In this document: positions 36,352 to 44,727 of the stretch, one piece after another | Layout: each line of letters begins with the position of its first letter | How positions within the stretch are numbered: the stretch's first letter is position 1 | NCBI GenBank assembly: GCA_021788025.1 | Contig: JAJYLE010000001.1 | Span: forward strand, 1 to 59,339 | DNA: 59,339 bases | Direction of reading: 5' to 3' | Origin: Nitrospirota bacterium | GTDB taxonomy: Bacteria > Nitrospirota > Thermodesulfovibrionia > Thermodesulfovibrionales > JdFR-88 | Made by a program: the position numbers and the translations under genes | Notes under the pieces: model-generated | The model's database searches: none | Told to the model about the DNA's origin: nothing | The model's input: the letters and a program-made list of their open reading frames with translations, nothing else

Positions 36352-37146
36352 ATGAAACCTGAGGACTTGATAACAATAGGCAGAGAGGTGCTGAAGACGG
36401 TCCGGGGCATCCAGGTAAAGGGCGAAGCGCCCATGGAGCGCGGGGCCGGGGGCGACCGCACTTTCCCAGTAGACAAGATAGCCGAAGATACAATACTTAA
36501 GGGGCTGGAGGCCCTCGGTGAGCCTTTTACCGTTATTACCGAAGAGGCCGGGGTGCTGAATATCGGCGGCCCGGGTGGCAAGACGGTTGTAATAGACCCG
36601 ATAGACGGCAGCAAGAACGCGGTCTCCGGGGTGCCTTTCTTTGGCGCGTCGATAGCGGTTGCTTCCGGAGATACCATAGGGGACCTGGAGATGGGTTACG
36701 TAATCAACCTGGCAAACGCAGACGAGTTCTGGGCCGCTAGAGGCAAGGGGGCTTTCCAGAACGGCGTGTCCGTGCGCTGCCTGCCTGCTGTCGATTTTTT
36801 GTCTGTAGCATTCGAAGCCCAAAATCCATCTTCGGACATAAGGCGGATACTGCCCCTTCTGGAATCGGCCAGGAGAACCCGGTGCTTCGGTTCAATTGCG
36901 CTGGCGCTTTCTTACGTGGCGGCGGGGGGGCTGACTACGCTGGTAAACCCCGGCAAGGCAAGGAGTTTTGATTTTGCCGCCGGGTACGTGCTGGTAACCG
37001 AGGCAGGTGGGATTTTTACAGACCTGGACGGCAACGGTATAGGCCATGTGGAGCTTGGGATAAAGCGCGGCGCTTCGCTTTTGGCTTCAGCCAATAACGA
37101 GGCGCACGAAAAAGCGCTGGATGCCCTGAGGAAACCTCAAGTTTGA
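36352..37146 (+). CDS. Inositol monophosphatase-family protein (IMPase/FBPase-like)
   Basis: Open frame from 36322; ATG at 36352. Contains the motifs VITEEAG and VIDPIDGSKN, and a C-terminal FDFAAG-like region, typical of the IMPase superfamily. Confidence 0.8.
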   Translation: MKPEDLITIGREVLKTVRGIQVKGEAPMERGAGGDRTFPVDKIAEDTILKGLEALGEPFTVITEEAGVLNIGGPGGKTVVIDPIDGSKNAVSGVPFFGASIAVASGDTIGDLEMGYVINLANADEFWAARGKGAFQNGVSVRCLPAVDFLSVAFEAQNPSSDIRRILPLLESARRTRCFGSIALALSYVAAGGLTTLVNPGKARSFDFAAGYVLVTEAGGIFTDLDGNGIGHVELGIKRGASLLASANNEAHEKALDALRKPQV

Positions 37147-39677
37147 GATTTGAAATTTCAGAGCTGCCGGAAAACCAAAGGACCCTTACGCGGGCGTTTC
37201 TGGAATCGGCAAAACTTTTCCATGGCAAGACCCTTTTCAGTTATGAATCCGGCGGCCAGAAAAAAACACTTTCATACAATGAATTTTTTTCCATGGCATG
37301 CAGCCTGGCCTTGTTGTTGCGGCAGCGCGGCATAAACCCGCAGGACAGGGTTGCGATCATCGCGCCGCCTTCGCTCCGGTGGTGCCTTTCATTTGCGGGC
37401 ATTGTACTTGCGGGGGCTGTGGCAGTGCCGCTGAACGAATCGGCCCAGCCTGAAGAGATCACAGCCATTTTAAAGGACGCGCAGCCCAAGGGCGCCTTTC
37501 TGTCTTCAGAGACACAGAGAGTTTCCGGTCTGTGCGGCGGCGTTTGTGCCGGGATGCTGCTTCTTGATGTTGAATCGGAGCTGGCGGGGCCGGTTACGGA
37601 CGAGGCCGGATTTCCCGGCTGGTCCGATTTTTCAGCGCCGGAAAAGCCGGCCGTAATTCTTTATACCTCCGGCACCACTTCAATGCCCAAAGGCGTTGTG
37701 CTTACCAACAATAATCTTGTATCGGACGCCCTGGCCGCGCTGGATACGCAGATAATCGGAGAGGACGAAAACGTCCTTGCACCCCTGCCTTTCTACCACG
37801 CTTATCCGCTTACGTGCTCTTTCATTGCAGAAGTCTTTGCCGGGGCCACCATAACCATTCCGCCTTCGATAAAAGAGATGGCGCGTACCGCGAAGGAATC
37901 CGGGGTAAGCATTATCCTGGCCGTTCCCCAGATGCTCGAATTGATGGACCAGTCCATCAGGGGAAAACTCCCGGCGTGGGCACGTCCGCTGGTGGGGGTA
38001 TGCGGCCTTATCAGGCGCAATACGGGTTTTAACGCCGGCAGGCTTGTCTTTGCAAAGGCGCACAGGGCCCTTGGCGGGAAGGTCCGGATTCTGGCCAGCG
38101 GCGGTGCAAGGCTGGAACCATCTGTGATGTTGTCACTTGAGGCGCTTGGGTTTACGGTTGTGGAGGGCTATGGGCTTACAGAAACCTCGCCGGTAGTCAC
38201 TTTTAATCCGCTTGAAAAAAGAAAGCCCGGCTCCGCCGGGATCGCGCTATCTACGGCCAGGCTCAAGATAGAAGACGGCGAGGTGCTACTTTCCGGGCCG
38301 ATGCTTATGAACGGATACTGGAACAGGCCCGAGGAGACGGCCAGGGTCATCAGAGACGGCTGGTTTCATACCGGGGATCTGGGTTATGTAGATAATGAAG
38401 GATACCTGTTTATAACGGGCAGGAAGAAGGAAGTGATAGTGCTTTCGTCCGGTAAAAATGTGTTTCCGGACGAGGTGGAGAGGCACTACGGCCAGGCCGG
38501 GCTGGTTAAGGAGATTGCGGTTTATGACGAGAAGGGCGCGCTTAAAGCCTTTGTAGTGCCGGATATGGAGGCGGCCAAGATGCAAGGCGCTGGCAGCCTT
38601 AAAGAAGCAATCGGCTGGGAACTGATGCGATTATCAGCCAAAATTCCGGCTTATATGCGGATACGCGGTTTTTCCCTTGTGGAAGGGCCTTTGCCGCGTA
38701 CTTCCCTTGGCAAGCTGAAAAGGCATCTGCTGGCAAAAATGAAAAGCGGCGAAATGCGGAAAAAGCAGGGGGCTGGCGCTGTAACAGACCCCGTCCTTAC
38801 GAAATCCTCAGCCGGGCGCACGTTGGTGGGCGCTATCCATTCGGTAATGAGGGAAAAGGTTGCGATAAGGGCGGATGACAACCTGGAGATGGACCTTGGG
38901 CTGGATTCGCTTGGAAGGGTGGAATTGCTGAATGCGTTGGAAAATGCCCTGGCCTTGTCCGTGCCCGACGACTTTCTGTCAGACGTGCAGACCGTGGGCG
39001 AGCTACTCGATAAAACGGAAAAATTTATAGAAGGGCATACCGGGGCCCGCAACCCCCTGAAAAAGGAAGAGAAGCTTGCCAGGGGCGGGATTTTATTCAA
39101 GACTGTAACGGTTTTGGTAAAGGCAGTTACCAAAACACTTTTCAGGGTGGATGCCACTGGGGTTGAAAATTTTCCGGAGCCGCCTTTCATTATCGCCCCA
39201 AACCACACAAGTTTTCTGGACGGTTTTTTGATATTGGGCGTGTTGCCGTCCAGATTGCTTGATTCACTTTATTTCCAGGGAATAAAAAAATATTTCAGGC
39301 CGTTTCCGCCGCGGCTGGTGGCCGGGGTGCATGTTATCCCAATAGATGCCGGCGCGTTGCTGTCCGGTGCGCTCAAGGCCTCAGCAGGTGTCTTTAAGGC
39401 CAAGGGTGCGCTGTGCGTTTTCCCGGAAGGCGGCAGGTCCATAGAGGGTGAGCTGATGGAACTGAAGCGCGGCGTGCCGGAGCTGGCTAAAAAAGAAGGC
39501 GTTCCCGTGGTGCCTGCCTGGATAGAAGGGGCGATCAAGGCCCTCCCAAGGGGCGCGGTTTTTCCCAGGCCCGTAAAAATAACTGTGCGGTTTGGCAGGC
39601 CGCTTCTGCCAGATGATTTCAACACCGCTGAAGAGATGCGGGCGGCACTGAGAAGTGCGATCCTCGATTTGCGATAG
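37143..39677 (+). CDS. Tri-domain acyl-AMP ligase / carrier protein / 1-acyl-glycerol-3-phosphate acyltransferase (PlsC-like) fusion
   Basis: 844 aa with AMP-binding motifs (YTSGTTSMPKGV, GYGLTETSP, GWFHTGDLGY), a carrier-protein Ser motif (DLGLDSLGRVEL) and acyltransferase HX4D (NHTSFLD) plus FPEGGRS. The TTG start overlaps the IMPase stop. Confidence 0.8.
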   Translation: MRFEISELPENQRTLTRAFLESAKLFHGKTLFSYESGGQKKTLSYNEFFSMACSLALLLRQRGINPQDRVAIIAPPSLRWCLSFAGIVLAGAVAVPLNESAQPEEITAILKDAQPKGAFLSSETQRVSGLCGGVCAGMLLLDVESELAGPVTDEAGFPGWSDFSAPEKPAVILYTSGTTSMPKGVVLTNNNLVSDALAALDTQIIGEDENVLAPLPFYHAYPLTCSFIAEVFAGATITIPPSIKEMARTAKESGVSIILAVPQMLELMDQSIRGKLPAWARPLVGVCGLIRRNTGFNAGRLVFAKAHRALGGKVRILASGGARLEPSVMLSLEALGFTVVEGYGLTETSPVVTFNPLEKRKPGSAGIALSTARLKIEDGEVLLSGPMLMNGYWNRPEETARVIRDGWFHTGDLGYVDNEGYLFITGRKKEVIVLSSGKNVFPDEVERHYGQAGLVKEIAVYDEKGALKAFVVPDMEAAKMQGAGSLKEAIGWELMRLSAKIPAYMRIRGFSLVEGPLPRTSLGKLKRHLLAKMKSGEMRKKQGAGAVTDPVLTKSSAGRTLVGAIHSVMREKVAIRADDNLEMDLGLDSLGRVELLNALENALALSVPDDFLSDVQTVGELLDKTEKFIEGHTGARNPLKKEEKLARGGILFKTVTVLVKAVTKTLFRVDATGVENFPEPPFIIAPNHTSFLDGFLILGVLPSRLLDSLYFQGIKKYFRPFPPRLVAGVHVIPIDAGALLSGALKASAGVFKAKGALCVFPEGGRSIEGELMELKRGVPELAKKEGVPVVPAWIEGAIKALPRGAVFPRPVKITVRFGRPLLPDDFNTAEEMRAALRSAILDLR

Positions 39678-39725
39678 GTTCTAAATAGCATTGTCCAGCA
39701 TTTGGAATTTCAAATCCGGGTTTTT

Positions 39726-41078
39726 TTATGCCGTTTGGTTTAGCGGGACGGACAATTTGAATGCGGAGCCTTCGCCCTGTTTGCTCCTTACTGAAATATC
39801 TCCGTCCATGGTGGCCAAAAGCTCCTTTGCTATTGCCAGCCCAAGGCCAAACCCTTTTGAGCCGCCGCTTCTGTAAAAGCGCTGGAATATGTGCGGCAGG
39901 TCTTTTTCCGCAATGCCTTTTCCGGTGTCTTTTATCTCGATAAAATACTTGCCGCCCTCGATGCCGTAATCCACGAAAACTCCGCCGGTTTCCGTATGGT
40001 TTTTAGCGTTCACCAGGATGTTTCTGACGGCTTTTTCAAGTTTCTCAACATCCATGTGCACCACAAACTCCCCCCTTGATGCCAGTTGCAGGGAGAGGCC
40101 CTTGTCCTTGAACACTGGGGCCAGTGAATCTGTAACCCCTTTGAGAAAATCCTTCAGGCATACCTCCTCCATATTCACTTTAAGGAAGCTCGCCTCGGCC
40201 TTAGTGAGGTCTTCTATGCCCCCTATAAGGCGGGTGAGGGTATCCAACTCCGCCAAAAGCGGCCCGAACTCCTCCGGGCTGGCAGTAAGCACGCCATCCA
40301 GCATCGCCTCCACCCTGGCCTTCATTATGGCAAGAGGGGTGCGAAGTTCGTGAGCCACATTGGATGTAAGGTGTTTGCGCAGGGCATCTTCCCTCTGGAG
40401 CGCCTCGGCCATCCTGTTGAAGGCAGCTTTAAGCCGTCCTATCTCGTCCGTGCCGGTTTCCAGTCTTACGCTCAGGTCTCCTTTTGCAACGGCCTCCGAA
40501 GCTTTTTTAAGTTCGCTTATCGGCCTGGAGAAGAACTGGCTGAGGATAAGGGCCATGAAGAATGCGCTGCCTCCGGCCAGCGAGAAGGAAAGCAGAAGGA
40601 AAGCCCTTCCCCTTTCCCTGAACGCATGCTCCTTCCTTCTGAGGCTCAGGTTTTTACCGGCCATGTCTTTTATATTGAAGTTGCCTATCTCCTGGCCTTT
40701 ATGGAAGAGGGGATAACTGTCATACGGGGTGGCTGTTTTTACCTCCGGCCCGGCAATCTGAAGACGCCTGCGCATGGAATCCGACAGGCCGCGTATTACG
40801 CTGTCTGTGTCCATAATGACCTTGCCTGATTCGTCCTGGATGCTGCAGTCGAAGCGGAGCATGACGGCCCAGTGAAGGGCGTCCGTAAGGGCCTGTCTGT
40901 TCCAGCCCTGTGATGTATAGCTGCTCTCCACGGCCGTGATAAGCCAGTATACGTGGTCCTGCTGCTCGCTTTTGCCGTACTCGCCAAAGTCCCTGATAAT
41001 CAGTTTTTCAAATAGCACATCGGAAAACAGGGCCAGAATGATTACGGCAAGAAAGCCGCAGAAAAGCTTACTCCTCAT
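39726..41078 (-). CDS. Sensor histidine kinase (periplasmic sensor, HAMP, HisKA, HATPase_c)
   Basis: 450 aa with two TM segments flanking a domain of about 140 aa, a HAMP region, the H-box NVAHELRTPL, and N/G boxes (NAKNHT, DTGKGI, GLGLAI). Confidence 0.85.
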   Translation of the reverse strand: MRSKLFCGFLAVIILALFSDVLFEKLIIRDFGEYGKSEQQDHVYWLITAVESSYTSQGWNRQALTDALHWAVMLRFDCSIQDESGKVIMDTDSVIRGLSDSMRRRLQIAGPEVKTATPYDSYPLFHKGQEIGNFNIKDMAGKNLSLRRKEHAFRERGRAFLLLSFSLAGGSAFFMALILSQFFSRPISELKKASEAVAKGDLSVRLETGTDEIGRLKAAFNRMAEALQREDALRKHLTSNVAHELRTPLAIMKARVEAMLDGVLTASPEEFGPLLAELDTLTRLIGGIEDLTKAEASFLKVNMEEVCLKDFLKGVTDSLAPVFKDKGLSLQLASRGEFVVHMDVEKLEKAVRNILVNAKNHTETGGVFVDYGIEGGKYFIEIKDTGKGIAEKDLPHIFQRFYRSGGSKGFGLGLAIAKELLATMDGDISVRSKQGEGSAFKLSVPLNQTA

Positions 41079-41763
41079 CCCTTGCGCCTATGAACTTGTA
41101 GCCTACTCCGTAGATGGTCTTGATGAACATGGGGGTCTTGGGATCGTCCTCTATCTTTTGCCGCAGATTTTTTATATGGGCGTCTATGGTGCGCTCGTAC
41201 CCCTCAAAGTCATATCCCTGCACCAGGTTTACCAGTTGCAGCCTGGAGAGCACCCTGCCGGGTTTTTCGGCCAGCGACACCAGTATGCCAAACTCCGATG
41301 GCGTAAGCAGTATTATCCGGTCCCCCCGGAGCACCTCTCTTTTCAGCACGTCTATCACAAGCATGCCTTTGTTGAAGCTGAGCTTTGTATATGGGCGCTT
41401 GTGCCGCCTCAACTGGGCCTTTATCCTGGCAAGCAGCTCGCCGGGGCTGAAGGGCTTGGCCACGTAGTCGTCGGCCCCCAGCGAAAGCCCTTTTATAATA
41501 TCGTCCTCGCCTGTTTTGGCCGTAAGCATGATTATGGGAATGTCGGAGCTTTGCCTTATCATGGCGCAGAGTTCCTCGCCCTGGATATCGGGCAGCATCA
41601 GGTCCAGCACCACAAGCGAAGGATTTGTTTTAAGGAGTTTTAAGGCGTCCTCGCCGGAGTTGGCAATCTCCGAATGATAGCCCTCCCGTTCCAGATACAG
41701 CCTGATTATGTCCGATATCTTTCTTTCGTCCTCTACAACCAGAATTGTCTGTTTTTCAGTCAT
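41068..41763 (-). CDS. OmpR-family response regulator
   Basis: 231 aa with a receiver domain (ILVVEDE...VVLDLMLPD) and a winged-helix output domain (LTPSEFGILVSL...IKTIYGVGYKF). Confidence 0.9.
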   Translation of the reverse strand: MTEKQTILVVEDERKISDIIRLYLEREGYHSEIANSGEDALKLLKTNPSLVVLDLMLPDIQGEELCAMIRQSSDIPIIMLTAKTGEDDIIKGLSLGADDYVAKPFSPGELLARIKAQLRRHKRPYTKLSFNKGMLVIDVLKREVLRGDRIILLTPSEFGILVSLAEKPGRVLSRLQLVNLVQGYDFEGYERTIDAHIKNLRQKIEDDPKTPMFIKTIYGVGYKFIGARDEE

Positions 41764-42401
41764 ATCCCGCCTTCCGGAGAGAACTCTCCCTCAACATCCA
41801 GTTCCAAAGCCATATCCAGGATCATCTGGGCCGTTGTCCTGCGCAGCTTCTGCCGGAACCCAAGCCCCTGCCTTAAATCCTTTTCTATCGCCGCCAGTGC
41901 TGAATAGAAAGGCGTCCTGTCCAGCAGCCTGCCGGGCTGCTTGTGTTTTTCGGCAAGTACGGCGCAGCCGCCGCTTTCCTTTGTTTCGCCCCCAGGCATT
42001 GTAAAAAAATTAGGCACGCCGTGAAGCCTGCATATCATGGGGCGCCAGAAGTAAAGCGCGCACAGCCCCTCGAAATTGGCCGGGCACATGAGCTTGAATA
42101 TTTCACCCGCCTGCGCTTCGTGGGCATAGCTTCCCACAACCACGCGGGCGCGCTTTATGATGAGGTCCCTCTTTGCAAACGGTATTTTTTTCAGGCCTTC
42201 CAGCAGGAAGATATACTCGGCAAGGGTGTAATGATAAAAGCGCTGGGTGCAGCAGTTGTCCCGGCAGCCGGCGCAGTCCAGCTGGTACTCCCCCGCGAAC
42301 TCTGCATATGCCCGGTCCATCTCTCCATAAAGCGAGGCTATCCGCCTGATAACCTCGCCGGTTATGCCCTGTTTGCCGGCCGTCTTGAAATCCTCTCCCA
42401 C
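41760..42401 (-). CDS. YkgJ-like (UPF0153) cysteine-cluster protein
   Basis: 213 aa from a GTG start, with CAGCRDNCC and LCALYFWRPMICRLHG motifs. Its stop overlaps the response-regulator start (ATGA). Confidence 0.55.
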   Translation of the reverse strand: MGEDFKTAGKQGITGEVIRRIASLYGEMDRAYAEFAGEYQLDCAGCRDNCCTQRFYHYTLAEYIFLLEGLKKIPFAKRDLIIKRARVVVGSYAHEAQAGEIFKLMCPANFEGLCALYFWRPMICRLHGVPNFFTMPGGETKESGGCAVLAEKHKQPGRLLDRTPFYSALAAIEKDLRQGLGFRQKLRRTTAQMILDMALELDVEGEFSPEGGI

Positions 42402-42535
42402 AGTTCGTCGTCTATCTCTTCCAGATAGTCATGTATGCTGTAATCAAGGCCGCAGTCCATGCAGCGGAGCTTGACCAGTCTTCAGCCGAAAACCGGCTCT
42501 ATCCTGCCGCCGCACTTTTTGTCCTTGCACATCAT
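42362..42535 (-). CDS. Small Cys-rich ORF with in-frame TGA at codon 18 (candidate selenoprotein, leader peptide, or broken gene)
   Basis: Hand translation: MMCKDKKCGGRIEPVFG-TGA-RLVKLRCMDCGLDYSIHDYLEEIDDELWERISRRPANRA. A hairpin starts 7 nt after the TGA. The RBS is weak. It is not in the ORF track because of the TGA. Confidence 0.25.
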
Positions 42536-42555
42536 AACGTTATATATTTTACTTC

Positions 42556-42592
42556 AAAACGGCCCGTTTTTTTAAAAACGGGGCCGGGTGCC
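42556..42592 (-). terminator. Terminator-like hairpin in the leader of the small-ORF/YkgJ-like/RR/HK operon
   Basis: The minus strand reads CGGCCCCGTTTTT-aa-AAAAACGGGCCG followed by TTTT, ending about 20 nt upstream of the ATG at 42535. No minus-strand gene ends upstream of it. Confidence 0.4.
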
Positions 42593-42759
42593 CAGCAATA
42601 TGCCTTCCAGCTCTTCCGGCTTGTGTTTTTCACGAGACCGGGCCTTTTCTTTTTATATGTTCCAACCCAAAATGGCAACAGCCCGGTTTAAAATGTTTTT
42701 TGTCCGTTTTTTTTGTTCCGCCTGTTCCATCTTTCCCTGTTTTTCAGGTTGTTGTTTGC

Positions 42760-43190
42760 TTGCCAAGTTCTTGATTTTAAAAGAATTTGCCTTTTCCTGC
42801 CCAAAAGCCGGTGGAACAGACCTAATACCTTGTTTTTTCATGGCTTTCCGTATTTTTGTATTTTATGGCCTTCATGCGCGCAGGCCCGTCCAGGCGGGAC
42901 AATTCCTTCCTTTTCCGTCAGGCCGCCATACCCGCGTGCTGCAATCGTGAATCCATTTTGACGCATTGCCAATTCCTTGCCCTGCCGGTGAGGTTCAGGA
43001 AATGTTCCATGGCCGTAAGCCGGTGTGGGTTGCCCATCACACCGCCATCATACCCGCCTGGAAATGACATTGTCCATATGACACATGTCATGAAGTTTGC
43101 GTCATGGGTTTGTTTGCGGCTATCAGACGGTAAAACAGGGCCAGCCCCGGCCAGGCATGTTCTGAAACTTCCTCTTTAATAAGGCGCCGG
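42760..43190. repeat. Non-coding repeat family 2, copy B (palindrome core 43064-43105)
   Basis: Inverted relative to copy A, with shared end blocks (CTTGATTTTAAA; ATGACATTGTCCA.ATGACA.ATGTCATGAAGT...GTCATGGGTTT) and a longer central part. Confidence 0.55.
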
Positions 43191-43193
43191 GCG

Positions 43194-43202
43194 TGCTACA
43201 AT
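43194..43202 (+). promoter_or_regulatory. Extended -10 promoter element (TGCTACAAT) upstream of the DUF4197 gene
   Basis: TGnTAcAAT ending 50 nt before the ATG at 43253. GGAGG lies close to the ATG. The -35 element is weak. Confidence 0.3.
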
Positions 43203-43252
43203 TTTTCCAGGAAGTACATTCCTGAGTAATTCTGCCTGTCAGGAGGTCTTAT

Positions 43253-43969
43253 ATGCGGAAGGCATTTCCGATGTTGCTCCTTGCGCTTCTGTTTTCGGCA
43301 ACGCTGGTCAGGGCGGGGATGCTTGAAGACGTAATGAAAAAGGCCGGGATGCCCCAAAGCGGCGGGGCCGGTGAAAGCACCACGGCAGCAGGGCTTAAAG
43401 AGGCGCTCTCCATTGGCGCCAAAAACGCGGTGAGGCTGGTCTCCCGCAAGGACGGTTATTTCGGCAATCAGGCGATCAGGATACAGATGCCCGGTAAAAT
43501 CCAGCAGGCGGCCAATGTGCTTGGGAAGATGGGATATCAAAAGCAGGTGGATGCCTTTGTGCTGAGCATGAACAGGGCGGCTGAAAAAGCGGCGCCAAAG
43601 GCAAAGGCCATTTTTGTTGAAGCGATCAAGGGGATGTCCATTTCAGACGCCAAAAAAATACTTGGTGGCGGCGATACTGCCGCAACAGAATATTTCAAAG
43701 AGAAAACCAGCGCCAGGCTCTATGATGAATTTAAGCCGGTCATATCGTCCAGCATGGACCAGGTGGGCACTACACGCGCTTACAAAGAGATGATGGGGAA
43801 GTATGAAGCCGTTCCTTTTGTGCCCAAACAGTCCCTGGATCTGGACCATTACGTGACCAACAAGGCCCTGGACGGCCTTTTTTACATGGTAGGCCAGGAG
43901 GAAAAAAAGATCAGGACCGATCCTGCCGCCAGGGTGACAGACCTGCTCAGGAAAGTTTTTGGGAAATAG
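43253..43969 (+). CDS. DUF4197-family secreted protein
   Basis: 238 aa with a signal peptide ([15 protein letters not shown]), then [14 protein letters not shown]...[11 protein letters not shown], which is characteristic of DUF4197. Confidence 0.75.
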   Translation: MRKAFPMLLLALLFSATLVRAGMLEDVMKKAGMPQSGGAGESTTAAGLKEALSIGAKNAVRLVSRKDGYFGNQAIRIQMPGKIQQAANVLGKMGYQKQVDAFVLSMNRAAEKAAPKAKAIFVEAIKGMSISDAKKILGGGDTAATEYFKEKTSARLYDEFKPVISSSMDQVGTTRAYKEMMGKYEAVPFVPKQSLDLDHYVTNKALDGLFYMVGQEEKKIRTDPAARVTDLLRKVFGK

Positions 43970-44031
43970 CGGCCGCTGTAAAAAACAAAACGGCCATAAA
44001 AAAATCTGTTATTCCGGCGAACGGCGCGTAA

Positions 44032-44724
44032 TTATCCGGCCTTGAAAAACCCTGTATAGAACTCGGCCGCCCGTTTTGAATATGCTGGATACACCTCGTC
44101 AGAGAACGAGAATATCTTCCCGGTCTCCAGCATCAGTTCCTTGTCGTCCTTCAGCCAGTCCCTTATCATTGCCGGGGTCACCTCGATATGGAACTGAAGG
44201 GCGTACACGCCGTTGCCGAACCGGAAGGCCTGGTTTTGGTAGATTTCGGAAGAAGCAAGCCGGACGGCCCCATCCGGCAGGTCGAACGTGTCGCCGTGCC
44301 ATTGGAATACCTGCGCAACCGGTTTATCATTTACCTTCAAGGCGCCAAATACCGGGTCCTTTGCCCCGTCGGGTGTCATCTGTACTTCATACCAGCCGAT
44401 CTCCTTCCGGCCGCCCGGATAGACGCGCGCGCCCAGCACGTGCGCCAGCATCTGCGCCCCCAGGCATACTCCAAGCGCCGGCTTGCCCGCCTTTATAAAC
44501 CCTTCCAGTATCTTCGCCCCGGCAACCAGGTGCGGGTACTGGTTCATCTCGTACACGCCCATCGGGCCGCCCATCATTATCACGTGGGAATATTGCGCGG
44601 CATCCGAAGGTTTCTGGCCGTTCAGCAGTTCAACGGTATCAAATGGCACGCCAAGCGCATTCAGCCCGTTTTCAATAGTGCCAGGGCCTTCGGCAGGTAT
44701 ATTTTTAAGCACAAGCGCTTTCAT
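44032..44724 (-). CDS. Class I glutamine amidotransferase (stand-alone GATase1)
   Basis: 230 aa with the nucleophile elbow GVCLGAQML and a later His region (QWHGD; FHIE). Confidence 0.8.
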   Translation of the reverse strand: MKALVLKNIPAEGPGTIENGLNALGVPFDTVELLNGQKPSDAAQYSHVIMMGGPMGVYEMNQYPHLVAGAKILEGFIKAGKPALGVCLGAQMLAHVLGARVYPGGRKEIGWYEVQMTPDGAKDPVFGALKVNDKPVAQVFQWHGDTFDLPDGAVRLASSEIYQNQAFRFGNGVYALQFHIEVTPAMIRDWLKDDKELMLETGKIFSFSDEVYPAYSKRAAEFYTGFFKAG

Positions 44725-44727
44725 TTT

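Noticed and set aside
36298-36822. 174-aa minus-strand ORF overlapping the IMPase-family gene
   Set aside because: The plus-strand frame carries the IMPase motifs. The minus-strand frame has no family resemblance and would collide with the regulator pseudogene.
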